From Bacteroidota bacterium (GTDB lineage: Bacteria; Bacteroidota; Bacteroidia; Bacteroidales; UBA7960), in the NCBI GenBank assembly GCA_018335675.1, contig JAGXRQ010000017.1:8051-72050 (forward strand): a stretch of DNA of 64,000 nucleotides, written 5' to 3'. The notes beneath the pieces were generated by a model. The model ran no database searches, was not told the DNA's origin, and saw only the letters and a program-made list of their open reading frames with translations. Positions 32,023 to 40,605 of this stretch are shown one piece after another. The translations under genes and the position numbers were made by a program. The first letter of the stretch is position 1; each line of letters opens with the position of its first letter.

Positions 32023-33201
32023 ATGGCAAAAATTCTTATAATTGATGACGAAAAAAGCATCAGAAGTACACTAAAAGATATTCTTGAGTATGAAAAATTC
32101 GATGTTGATCTTGCTGAAGACGGAATAGAAGGCATTGAAAAAGCAAAGAAAAACACATACGATGTAATTTTATGCGACATAAAGATGCCAGGCATGGATG
32201 GCATTGAAGTATTGGAAAAACTTCATGAGCAAGGCAACGAGTCAACAATAGTTATGATTAGTGGACACGGGAATATAGAAACGGCTGTTGAAGCTATAAA
32301 GAAAGGCGCATACGATTTTATCTCAAAACCTCTGGATTTAAACCGCATCCTTATTACTATAAGAAATGCAATGGACAAGACGCATCTTGTTACAGAGACT
32401 AAAGTTCTAAAACGAAAAGTTAGCAAGACTTTTGAAATGATTGGAGATTCAGAGCCAATAAAAAAAATTCGTGAGTTGATTGACCGCGTAGCACCAACCG
32501 ATGCCAGAGTGTTCATTACAGGCGCAAACGGAACCGGAAAAGAGTTAGTGGCAAGATGGATACATCTTCAGAGCAAAAGAGCTGAAGGACCTTTTATTGA
32601 AGTAAACTGCGCCGCAATACCTTCCGAGCTTATTGAAAGTGAGCTGTTTGGTCATGAGAAAGGTTCGTTTACTTCTGCCATTAAGCAAAAGAAAGGTAAT
32701 TTCGAAATGGCACATGGTGGCACTATATTCCTTGACGAAATTGGTGACATGAGCCTTGCAGCTCAAGCAAAAGTTTTAAGGGTTCTTCAAGAGAATAAAA
32801 TTACAAGAGTTGGTGGCGAAAAAGATCTTAATGTTGATGTTAAGGTTTTAGCAGCAACTAACAAAGACATCCAAAAAGAGATTGAAAATGGCAACTTTCG
32901 TGAGGACCTATACCACCGATTAAGCGTTATTTTAATACAAGTTCCCTCTCTAAATGAAAGATCTGATGATATACCATTGCTTGCTGAATATTTCCTAAAT
33001 CAAGTTATTGAGGAGCAAAGCATGCCTAACAAACAATTTAGCGCTGAAGCACTAAATGAGCTGAAGAAAATTCAGTGGACAGGCAATATTAGAGAACTTC
33101 GCAATGTTGTAGAAAGGTTAGCTATTCTTTGCGACAAAACAATAAGTGGTGAAGATGTTAAAACCTTTGCGCAACCATTAAGCTCGATAAAATCAAAATA
33201 A
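32023..33201 (+). CDS. Sigma-54-dependent response regulator (receiver + AAA+ domains) lacking a C-terminal HTH domain
   Basis: Receiver domain (DVILCDIKMPGMDG), Walker A GANGTGKE, a GAFTGA-loop variant GSFTSA and Walker B IFLDEIGD. The protein ends about 20 aa after the AAA+ sensor-II region (RELRNVVERL). Confidence 0.85.
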   Translation: MAKILIIDDEKSIRSTLKDILEYEKFDVDLAEDGIEGIEKAKKNTYDVILCDIKMPGMDGIEVLEKLHEQGNESTIVMISGHGNIETAVEAIKKGAYDFISKPLDLNRILITIRNAMDKTHLVTETKVLKRKVSKTFEMIGDSEPIKKIRELIDRVAPTDARVFITGANGTGKELVARWIHLQSKRAEGPFIEVNCAAIPSELIESELFGHEKGSFTSAIKQKKGNFEMAHGGTIFLDEIGDMSLAAQAKVLRVLQENKITRVGGEKDLNVDVKVLAATNKDIQKEIENGNFREDLYHRLSVILIQVPSLNERSDDIPLLAEYFLNQVIEEQSMPNKQFSAEALNELKKIQWTGNIRELRNVVERLAILCDKTISGEDVKTFAQPLSSIKSK

Positions 33202-33234
33202 AAAAAAGGCCGGAAAAAAATCCGGCCTTTTTTA
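33201..33234. terminator. Bidirectional rho-independent terminator between convergent genes
   Basis: A-run, GGCCGGA stem, AAAAAA loop, TCCGGCC stem, then a T-run. It sits between the activator stop (33199-33201) and the nifJ stop (33257-33259). Confidence 0.85.
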
Positions 33235-33256
33235 TTATAATTACTGAAAAGCATTA

Positions 33257-36200
33257 CTACTTTCCAAACTGCATATCTGCATACCTTTTATATGCATTGT
33301 ATCTCCATTTAGCATTTTCTTCAGTAGCTTTCAATAATTCATCAGCATCTTTTGGGAATGCTTTTTTCAAAGAGTTGTAACGAACTTCAGAGTTGATAAA
33401 ATCCTGGAATTTTGACCAATCCGGCTCCTTGCTGTCAAGTTGGAAAGGATTCTTTCCTTCTGCTTCCAACATTGGATTATATCTGAACAAGTGCCAGTAT
33501 CCAGCTTCAACAGCATCTTTGGTTTGTTGCTGAGTTTTTCCCATGCCTTCTTTCAAGCCATGTGCAATACAAGGAGAGTATGCAATAATAACAGATGGAC
33601 CAGGATAAGCTTCTGCTTCACGCACAGCTTTAACAAATTGATTCTGATTAGCGCCCATTGCAACCTGTGCAACATATACATAACCATAAGTCATTGCCAT
33701 AAGCCCAAGATCTTTCTTGCGAATTCTCTTTCCTGATGCGGCAAATTTCGCAATAGCTCCAATAGGAGTAGATTTCGAAGCTTGTCCGCCAGTATTTGAA
33801 TAAACCTCTGTGTCAAGAACTAGCATATTAATATCGTCGCCTGAAGCAATTACATGATCCAAACCACCAAATCCGATGTCATAAGCCCAACCGTCGCCAC
33901 CAATAACCCATACAGATTTCTTAACCAGATATTGTTTAAGATCTAATATTTCTTTTGCAACCGGGTCTTTTTCTTTTGAAAGACAAGCTACAACTTTAGC
34001 TGATACTTCTTTAGATTTTGCTCCATCATTTCTGGTTTCTAACCACTCTTTGAATGCAGCTTTTGTTTCAGCACTTAACTTGCTATCCATAGATGATTCC
34101 ATCAATCTCACAATTCTATTGCGAAGTTTAGTAGCTGCTGTTACCATACCAAAACCATACTCAGCATTATCTTCGAAAAGAGAGTTTGCCCAAGAAGGAC
34201 CATGACCATCTTTATTAACTGCATAAGGAGTAGCAGGAGCCGACCCACCATAGATTGAAGAACAACCTGTAGCATTAGCTATCATCATTCTGTCGCCATA
34301 AAGCTGTGTAATAAGCTTGATGTAAGGAGTTTCACCACAACCAGCGCAAGCACCGCTAAATTCGAATAGAGGCTGAGCAAACTGACTATTTTTAACTGAT
34401 TGATATTTATCAAGATAAGTTTCTTTATAAGAAACATTTTTTGTAAACCAATCCCAATTTGTATCTTCATGCATTTGAGTTTCAAGGAATTTAAACTCAA
34501 GAGCTTTCTTAGGAGCAGGACAAACATCAACACAGTTGCCGCAACCTGTACAATCTAGAGGGCTGATTTGAATTTTATATTTTAGACCTGCGAGAGATTT
34601 TCCATTTGCATCAACAACCTGAATATCTGCCGGCTTTTTCTTCATTTCATCATCATTAAGAAGGAAAGGACGAATTACAGCGTGAGGGCAAACATAAGCA
34701 CATTGGTTACATTGAATACAATTTGAAGGCACCCACTCAGGCACATGCACAGCAATACCCCTCTTTTCATAAGCAGTAGTTCCTTGCGGGAAAGTACCGT
34801 CTTCGCGACCTTTAAATGCACTTACCGGAAGAGTGTCACCTTTTTGGCTGTTAATTGTAAATACCATATCCTCAATAAAAGCAGGAACTTCTTTTTTAGA
34901 TTTTGCCTTTGTTGTGTCGGCTTTTTTCCAATCAGCTGGAATTTCAACTTTAACAACTTTATCAGCAGCATCTATAGCAGCATTGTTCATCTTAACAATA
35001 TCTTCTCCCTTCATGCCATACGACTTCATAATAGCATCTTTCATCTCATGAACTGCTTTTTCGTAAGGGATAACATTTGTAAGCTTGAAGAATACGCTTT
35101 GCATGATTGTGTTTGTACGACCACCAAGACCAAGTTCTTCTGCAATTTCAGTAGCATTTATTATATAAAGCTGAATATCATTATCAGCCATATACTTTCT
35201 CATATGGCCAGGGATATGTTTCTTGGTTTCTTCAACGTCCCAAATAGAATTTAAAAGGAAAATTCCTCCTTTTTTCAAACCTTTGAGCATATCATATTTT
35301 TCAAGATAAGCAGGAACGTGGCATGCAACAAAATCAGCACTATTAATCAGATAAGGTGAGCGAATAGGGCAATCACCAAAGCGAAGGTGAGATACAGTTA
35401 TACCGCCTGACTTCTTACTATCATAAGAGAAATAACCTTGAGCGTATTTATCTGTTGTATCGCCAATAATTTTTATAGAGTTTTTATTTGCACCAACAGT
35501 ACCATCAGATCCAATACCATAAAACTTAGCTGCATAAGCACATTCAATAGAAACATCTATTGGCTCGCCCATTGGAAGAGATGTAAAAGTAACATCATCA
35601 ACTATAGCTACAGTAAAGTTATTTTTTGGCTCTTTTAGTTTTAGATTTTCAAAAACAGAAATAATATGATAAGGCTGAGTATCTTTTGAGCTCAAACCGT
35701 ATCTTCCACCAACGATAATAGGGGCATTTTCTTTGCCATAGAACATTTCACGAACATCAAGATAAAGAGGTTCTCCGTTTGCTCCAATTTCTTTTGTACG
35801 ATCTAAAACTGCAATTCTTTTTACAGTTTTTGGTAGAACTTTAAAGAAATATTTTGAAGAGAAAGGTCTGTAAAGGTGAACTGAAATCAGACCAACTTTT
35901 TCGCCTTTTGATTTCAAATAATCAATAGTTTCTTTAATAGTATCAGTGATAGAACCCATTGCCACAAGAATATTTTCTGCATCGGGTGATCCGTAATAAG
36001 TAAAAGGATGATATTCTCTTCCACAAATTTTAGATATTTCCTTCATATAATCTTCAACCACATCAGGAATAACCTGATAGAATGAATTTGCAGCTTCCCT
36101 AGATTGGAAATAAATATCAGGATTTTGCGCAGTACCTCTTGTAACAGGATGCTCCGGATTTAAAGCTCTTTCGCGGAATTCTTGAAGCGCTTTATAATCA

Positions 36201-36790
36201 ACAAGTTTTTTCAATTCTTCCTCGTTAGCAGCTTCAACTTTCTGAACTTCATGAGAAGTACGGAAGCCATCGAAGAAATGTAAGAATGGAACTCTTGTTT
36301 TTATAGCTGCAAGGTGAGCTATAGGAGCAATATCCATAATTTGCTGAACACTACCTGTAGCAAGCATTGCAAAACCGCTCTGACGAGTACTCATAACGTC
36401 TGAATGATCACCAAAAATTGAAAGTGCTTGTGCAGCTAAACTTCTTGCAGAAACATGAAAAACACCGGGAAGAAGTTCGCCCGAAATTTTATACATGTTA
36501 GGAATCATAAGCAATAAACCCTGAGAAGCAGTGTAAGTGCTTGTAAGTGCACCTGTCTGCAAAGATCCATGCACAGCACCTGCTGCACCGGCTTCTGATT
36601 GCATTTCAACAAGCTTAACTTCGTCTCCAAAAATATTCTTTCTACCGGCTGCCGACCAATTGTCAACATTCTCTGCCATGTCAGATGATGGTGTAATAGG
36701 ATATATAGCGGCTACTTCGCTAAACATATAAGCTACATTTGCTGCAGCATAGTTACCATCGCAGGTAACAAATTTTTTCTTGTTTGTCAT
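33257..36790 (-). CDS. nifJ: Pyruvate:ferredoxin (flavodoxin) oxidoreductase
   Basis: 1177-aa single-chain PFOR with two 4Fe-4S ferredoxin motifs (CIQCNQCAYVCPH, CTGCGNCVDVCP) and a TPP domain (GGDGWAYDIGFGGLDH). Confidence 0.96.
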   Translation of the reverse strand: MTNKKKFVTCDGNYAAANVAYMFSEVAAIYPITPSSDMAENVDNWSAAGRKNIFGDEVKLVEMQSEAGAAGAVHGSLQTGALTSTYTASQGLLLMIPNMYKISGELLPGVFHVSARSLAAQALSIFGDHSDVMSTRQSGFAMLATGSVQQIMDIAPIAHLAAIKTRVPFLHFFDGFRTSHEVQKVEAANEEELKKLVDYKALQEFRERALNPEHPVTRGTAQNPDIYFQSREAANSFYQVIPDVVEDYMKEISKICGREYHPFTYYGSPDAENILVAMGSITDTIKETIDYLKSKGEKVGLISVHLYRPFSSKYFFKVLPKTVKRIAVLDRTKEIGANGEPLYLDVREMFYGKENAPIIVGGRYGLSSKDTQPYHIISVFENLKLKEPKNNFTVAIVDDVTFTSLPMGEPIDVSIECAYAAKFYGIGSDGTVGANKNSIKIIGDTTDKYAQGYFSYDSKKSGGITVSHLRFGDCPIRSPYLINSADFVACHVPAYLEKYDMLKGLKKGGIFLLNSIWDVEETKKHIPGHMRKYMADNDIQLYIINATEIAEELGLGGRTNTIMQSVFFKLTNVIPYEKAVHEMKDAIMKSYGMKGEDIVKMNNAAIDAADKVVKVEIPADWKKADTTKAKSKKEVPAFIEDMVFTINSQKGDTLPVSAFKGREDGTFPQGTTAYEKRGIAVHVPEWVPSNCIQCNQCAYVCPHAVIRPFLLNDDEMKKKPADIQVVDANGKSLAGLKYKIQISPLDCTGCGNCVDVCPAPKKALEFKFLETQMHEDTNWDWFTKNVSYKETYLDKYQSVKNSQFAQPLFEFSGACAGCGETPYIKLITQLYGDRMMIANATGCSSIYGGSAPATPYAVNKDGHGPSWANSLFEDNAEYGFGMVTAATKLRNRIVRLMESSMDSKLSAETKAAFKEWLETRNDGAKSKEVSAKVVACLSKEKDPVAKEILDLKQYLVKKSVWVIGGDGWAYDIGFGGLDHVIASGDDINMLVLDTEVYSNTGGQASKSTPIGAIAKFAASGKRIRKKDLGLMAMTYGYVYVAQVAMGANQNQFVKAVREAEAYPGPSVIIAYSPCIAHGLKEGMGKTQQQTKDAVEAGYWHLFRYNPMLEAEGKNPFQLDSKEPDWSKFQDFINSEVRYNSLKKAFPKDADELLKATEENAKWRYNAYKRYADMQFGK

Positions 36791-36851
36791 AAATATTAAA
36801 ATTTAAAAGGTCCTTATTTTTAAGCTATTGGGTTTGACAATTTTGAGAGTG

Positions 36852-36859
36852 CAAAATTA
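36852..36859 (-). promoter_or_regulatory. Candidate -7 promoter box (TAATTTTG) for nifJ
   Basis: The minus strand reads TAATTTTGCACTCTC, about 62 nt upstream of the nifJ ATG. Confidence 0.5.
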
Positions 36860-36895
36860 TGAAATTTCGAGAATATTTTACAGTGTTTTGCTTAT

Positions 36896-38905
36896 TTAAT
36901 CAAAAAACAACCAAGAAATCCCGAACTTAAACATGCTTTCAGGGAAAGGATAAAAAGGAATCTGATAGTTTACAGGGGTGTCCATTATTAGTCCTAAAAT
37001 GTTTTGATATTTCAAAAACACTCTCACATCCGAAATTTTCACATTTAAAAAAACATCAAGTAAATACAAATCCGGCGACTTAAAATCTTGTTGTTTGTAA
37101 AACTGCATAACAACAGGCATAAATGCAGAAGGATGATATGAACTGTTATAATAGAAATCAAATCCTAATTGAAAATCCATAACTTTTTTAAACAACTTAT
37201 TCTCATAGTACAATGAGTTATAAGACATCAATTTGGGGTAATCAATAAATGACTCATTCGGCACATATTGATACACTATATAATTCTTCAACCCAATGCC
37301 ATAAAATTTATGATCCGTTTTAATACTAAGATTATATGTGTTTAAAGTTGATTGATTTTGGGTGGGCTCTAAGCTTTCATTCATAAAAACCATGTTGTTT
37401 ATAATGAAATAATCTCCGCCCAACTCAATGCCATTAAACAAATACCTCACTGATGCATTTGTCATTTTTATCTTGTCAAATTTAGTTCCCCAATTTTGGT
37501 AGTTGCCTATATAATAATGGTAGAAATATGGAGCTGCTTTTTCGGAATAAGATGCGTTAATCAAAACCTTATGCTTGTCAACATCTCGCCCAACTCCCAA
37601 TCCGGCGGTAATTAACATATCACTATCATTATAACCCAGCATTGTGTATTCAGCTTTACCTTTAAGAGATATGTATTTTGTATTGTCGGATTGAACCTCT
37701 ATGCCAGGAATATATTGATTGAAATGCCATTTATTAAAAAAATATATTGCTTTACCATCTTCAACTCTGGGAGCTGATAGATTAGGAAACTTAAGTTCTA
37801 TATACTGATGCTTAAGGTATAACTTAAAGTTAACAGGCAGGTATAATAAATCTCCCTGTTGAGGATAATTTGACCACGACAATTCATTTTGCGCAAACAT
37901 TACAACAGTAGAATCATAAGTTTGATTAACATTAAATGGCTCTTTATCAAAGAAAGAAGATACAGCAGATTTATCTTCAAAAACAAAAGATTTTCTTTTC
38001 AAGACAGCCTCATGACCAATTCGACCAAGATTGAAATGCGCTTTTTTATCTTTGCCATAAACTGAATCAGTTTTTTCACTTGTTCCTCTGTCATTAATAT
38101 CAAAGCCCAATTTATAATAATGATTTAGAGTAATCTCAAAATCGTAGTGTTTGTACTGGGCCTGACTAAGAATTACGCTTTCCCTAACATCATCATCTTC
38201 AAATGCCAATCTATCCTCTAGTCCACCACTCTCATGATTCATAATTTTTCCGTATGTGGCAGTAGATATAAGTTGATATTTTTTATTTGTTGTAGTGTAG
38301 TCAACAAGACCGTACAAACTATTATTTCGGGCATTTAGCCGAGAATATCTTCCAGGCGAACTAATCACATTATATGCAAAGCCAAAATATAAATTATCAT
38401 TAGCTTTCTGAGCATGCTTGGCATAAAACAATTGCTCACGGCTACTTCCAAAAACATAATACAATTCTGAACTCACATGATTAGGCTTATAAAAGTTCAA
38501 ATCAGAAATTGAATTAATGTAGCCGTAATGATGATTTTCAAAAAACAAAGGGAATAAATCATCCGATATCGGGTTAAATACAAGATTCATTGTTGAATGA
38601 CCAATATTGCCCTTACTTGCAAAAAATAATCTGTCATTTTTGTTTGCAAAGTCATAAATTTGAAAACCGGTAAGAGTTGTATCTATATATGATGGATATT
38701 GATAAAACGGGCTAACAATTTGGCGAAATTTGAAGTAAGCAACTTTGGAAGAAACTACAGAGTCAGATTCACAGATTTGATTATTTTTTTGTTCAACGAA
38801 TAAAGAATCAGACTTTGTTTCTATCAATAAGCTATCAGCTTGAGAAAAACCATACATTAAATAAATGCTTAACAGAAGAGTTATTGCGATGCGTGGGATA
38901 TTCAT
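36896..38905 (-). CDS. Large outer-membrane beta-barrel protein (Bacteroidota 'putative porin' type)
   Basis: Signal peptide, 669 aa, aromatic-rich alternating beta-strand pattern and a terminal ...FGISWLFFD typical of OM barrels. Family assignment is by resemblance only. Confidence 0.5.
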   Translation of the reverse strand: MNIPRIAITLLLSIYLMYGFSQADSLLIETKSDSLFVEQKNNQICESDSVVSSKVAYFKFRQIVSPFYQYPSYIDTTLTGFQIYDFANKNDRLFFASKGNIGHSTMNLVFNPISDDLFPLFFENHHYGYINSISDLNFYKPNHVSSELYYVFGSSREQLFYAKHAQKANDNLYFGFAYNVISSPGRYSRLNARNNSLYGLVDYTTTNKKYQLISTATYGKIMNHESGGLEDRLAFEDDDVRESVILSQAQYKHYDFEITLNHYYKLGFDINDRGTSEKTDSVYGKDKKAHFNLGRIGHEAVLKRKSFVFEDKSAVSSFFDKEPFNVNQTYDSTVVMFAQNELSWSNYPQQGDLLYLPVNFKLYLKHQYIELKFPNLSAPRVEDGKAIYFFNKWHFNQYIPGIEVQSDNTKYISLKGKAEYTMLGYNDSDMLITAGLGVGRDVDKHKVLINASYSEKAAPYFYHYYIGNYQNWGTKFDKIKMTNASVRYLFNGIELGGDYFIINNMVFMNESLEPTQNQSTLNTYNLSIKTDHKFYGIGLKNYIVYQYVPNESFIDYPKLMSYNSLYYENKLFKKVMDFQLGFDFYYNSSYHPSAFMPVVMQFYKQQDFKSPDLYLLDVFLNVKISDVRVFLKYQNILGLIMDTPVNYQIPFYPFPESMFKFGISWLFFD

Positions 38906-38941
38906 TCTGACAATTTATTAATCAATTTCACTTTTGAACGA

Positions 38942-38949
38942 CAAAGTTA
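38942..38949 (-). promoter_or_regulatory. Candidate -7 promoter box (TAACTTTG) for the porin-like gene
   Basis: The minus strand reads TAACTTTGTCG, 37 nt upstream of the ATG at 38905. Confidence 0.45.
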
Positions 38950-38975
38950 TAAATTATGTGTTATATCAGGCTTAA

Positions 38976-39009
38976 TAAAAAACGGGAAACATTCATTGAA
39001 TATTTCCCG
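38976..39009 (-). terminator. Rho-independent terminator after the 39032..39622 gene
   Basis: The minus strand has a CGGGAAA / TTTCCCG 7-bp stem with a 13-nt loop, followed by TTTTTT. Confidence 0.7.
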
Positions 39010-39031
39010 CCTTATAATTATTAAACAACTA

Positions 39032-39622
39032 CTATTTTAGAAATTTTTTCATAGCAGCGCCAAATTTTTTCCCAGCAAGAGCATAACTTTCCTGCACTCT
39101 ATGACCAAGGTCAAAAGCAGTTGAGCCTCTTGCCTGAATAATATCGAATACAGCCACAGGACGATCGGGGTTGCTTCTTTCAACAAACGAAATTTTCATA
39201 TTTACAAATGCCGGTTTACTGGAAATACCAACGTTAAATCCGGGTTCAATGAAATAAGTGTTTACTACCATTATATATTTAGTATCTTCTCTGTATTGAT
39301 CAACAATAATATCTGCCTTAGCAGCATATTTGTTGAATAATTCAATAAACTTAGGTTCAAATCTGTTGTCTCTGTCAGCCAACCACGCATTATGCCATCT
39401 GTCGCCGCCGTCGCCATCTTTTTTATCTGCTTCAGCTCTTTTATCCCTAACATAATCTTCTTCTGTCATCTTGCCAACTCTCATATTGTCGTAAGTAAAC
39501 TGAATCTCAAGAACATCTTCCCCTTTAACAGACGATAGGCTTCCGGAAATTAATTTAATTTTTTGAGAAAAACCTGTTGAAGCTATCAACAAGGCAATGC
39601 TTAACATTAATAGTTTTTTCAT
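39032..39622 (-). CDS. Secreted hypothetical protein
   Basis: Signal peptide MKKLLMLSIALLIASTGFSQ. 196 aa with no motif I recognise. Confidence 0.6.
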   Translation of the reverse strand: MKKLLMLSIALLIASTGFSQKIKLISGSLSSVKGEDVLEIQFTYDNMRVGKMTEEDYVRDKRAEADKKDGDGGDRWHNAWLADRDNRFEPKFIELFNKYAAKADIIVDQYREDTKYIMVVNTYFIEPGFNVGISSKPAFVNMKISFVERSNPDRPVAVFDIIQARGSTAFDLGHRVQESYALAGKKFGAAMKKFLK

Positions 39623-39901
39623 TTTTATAAAAATTTAAGTTGTTAATAATTTGGTTATATATTCGAGTGACGAACATTTTCATTACACATACATTGACAA
39701 AGCAATAAAACCATGCACAGTTGCAGTAATTGCTAACACTATACCTGAAATTCTGTGAATTGAGTGTGGAATTTTTATTGCTCTCATTCCGGTAAAAACT
39801 TGAAACAAAACTAATACAAGGTTAATTATTCCAAGATAAAACATTATATAGAATAAGTCCATAATAATAAGGTTGAGGTTAAGGTTTAGGATAATGAGGC
39901 A

Positions 39902-40264
39902 CTAATTTACAACTATTTTTTTCTTAACAGATCCGGTGCTTCCATGCAGATTGCAATTCCCTTTAATTTCAATTTCAACAGTAGATTCAGCCTCAAATTC
40001 GTAAACTAATTGAAACTCTTGATCATCCGGTAGATTACTTCTTGTAAACTCCCATCTTTTTACTTCTTCGCCATTAATTTTAATAAAAACCCAATCTGTA
40101 AAATGTCTGGATGAGTTTCCCTTATGTTTTACATCAATTGTGATTTTGATAGTTTCTCCAATAGCAGCACTATCTGGAGCAACTATTTTTACAGAGGTTT
40201 TATTAGCTAAAAGACTTAAAGGCATTATGATAATAACTGCCAATAAAAGAAATAATTTCTTCAT
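39902..40264 (-). CDS. Secreted desulfoferrodoxin/superoxide-reductase-like Fe-binding domain protein
   Basis: Signal peptide MKKLFLLLAVIIIMPLSLLA. The HKGNSSRHFTDW and GNCNLHG motifs resemble SOR centre-II ligands (H...H.I.W, CN.HG). The ORF-track start at 40285 is a TTG, so I prefer the ATG at 40264. Confidence 0.4.
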   Translation of the reverse strand: MKKLFLLLAVIIIMPLSLLANKTSVKIVAPDSAAIGETIKITIDVKHKGNSSRHFTDWVFIKINGEEVKRWEFTRSNLPDDQEFQLVYEFEAESTVEIEIKGNCNLHGSTGSVKKKIVVN

Positions 40265-40343
40265 AATACAAAGTTTTAAATTCAACGTTAAAGGTATTAA
40301 TTATATGCGACATAAATGAATTTGAAGATATTTTTTTTAATGG

Positions 40344-40530
40344 GTGACAGGAGGGTGACGGGAGAGTGACAGAAGAGTTACAGGAAAGTGACAGAAGAGT
40401 GACAGGAAAGTGACAGAAGAGTGACAGGAAAGTGACAGGAAAGTGACAGAAGAGTGACAGGAGAGTTACAGGAAAGTGACAGGAGAGTTACAGGAAAGTG
40501 ACAGGAAAGTGACAGGAGAGTTACAGAAGC
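40344..40530. repeat. Tandem array of 17 copies of an 11-bp unit (GTGACAGGAAA and variants)
   Basis: Read directly. Unit variants are GTGACAGGAAA, GTGACAGAAGA, GTGACAGGAGA and GTTACAGGAAA, with strict 11-bp phasing from 40344 to 40530. Confidence 0.95.
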
Positions 40531-40599
40531 CTTACCCTTATACCTTATAACCTTATACCCTTATACCCTTATACCCTTATACCTTATACCCTTATACCC
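40531..40599. repeat. Tandem array of about 9 copies of a 7-8-bp unit (TTATACC / TTATACCC)
   Basis: Read directly. It abuts the 11-bp array and ends 6 nt from the stop of the 40606..42984 gene. Confidence 0.95.
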
Positions 40600-40605
40600 A
40601 AAAAC

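Noticed and set aside
32015-32023. Perfect DnaA box TTATCCACA in a 390-bp AT-rich divergent intergenic region, and the minus-to-plus gene-orientation switch at about 51 kb with TTTCACA-type repeats, considered as a possible oriC
   Set aside because: A single perfect 9-mer is expected by chance about once per window of this size. Neighbouring matches are only 8/9 in AT-rich DNA. No dnaA or dnaN genes or DnaA-box cluster are present. The orientation switch at 51 kb is explained by two divergent operons of one gene cluster. Cumulative GC-skew on the whole contig would settle it.
34745-35254. 169-aa antisense ORF inside nifJ. Similar antisense or overlapping ORFs lie at 11612..12019 (in rplC), 14516..14926 (in rpsG), 5676..6020 (in rplE), 53177..53663 (in fabG-like) and 54234..54643 (in KS)
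   Set aside because: All are nested in strongly supported genes. They have Phe/Ile/Ser/Cys-rich compositions typical of AT-rich antisense frames, and none has its own start context.
39683-39870. Two-TM-helix reading frame (…YNVYLGIINLVLVLFQVFTGMRAIKIPHSIHRISGIVLAITATVHGFIALSMYV) between the SOR-like gene and the 39032..39622 gene
   Set aside because: The hydrophobic frame has no ATG before the first helix. The only ATG gives a 34-aa product starting at 39787. It could be a decayed gene or use a rare start codon. I cannot support it as a CDS from sequence alone.
40344-40599. Possible CRISPR array
   Set aside because: The units are only 7-11 bp and directly abut with no unique spacers. No cas genes or leader are present. 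These are micro/minisatellite arrays.
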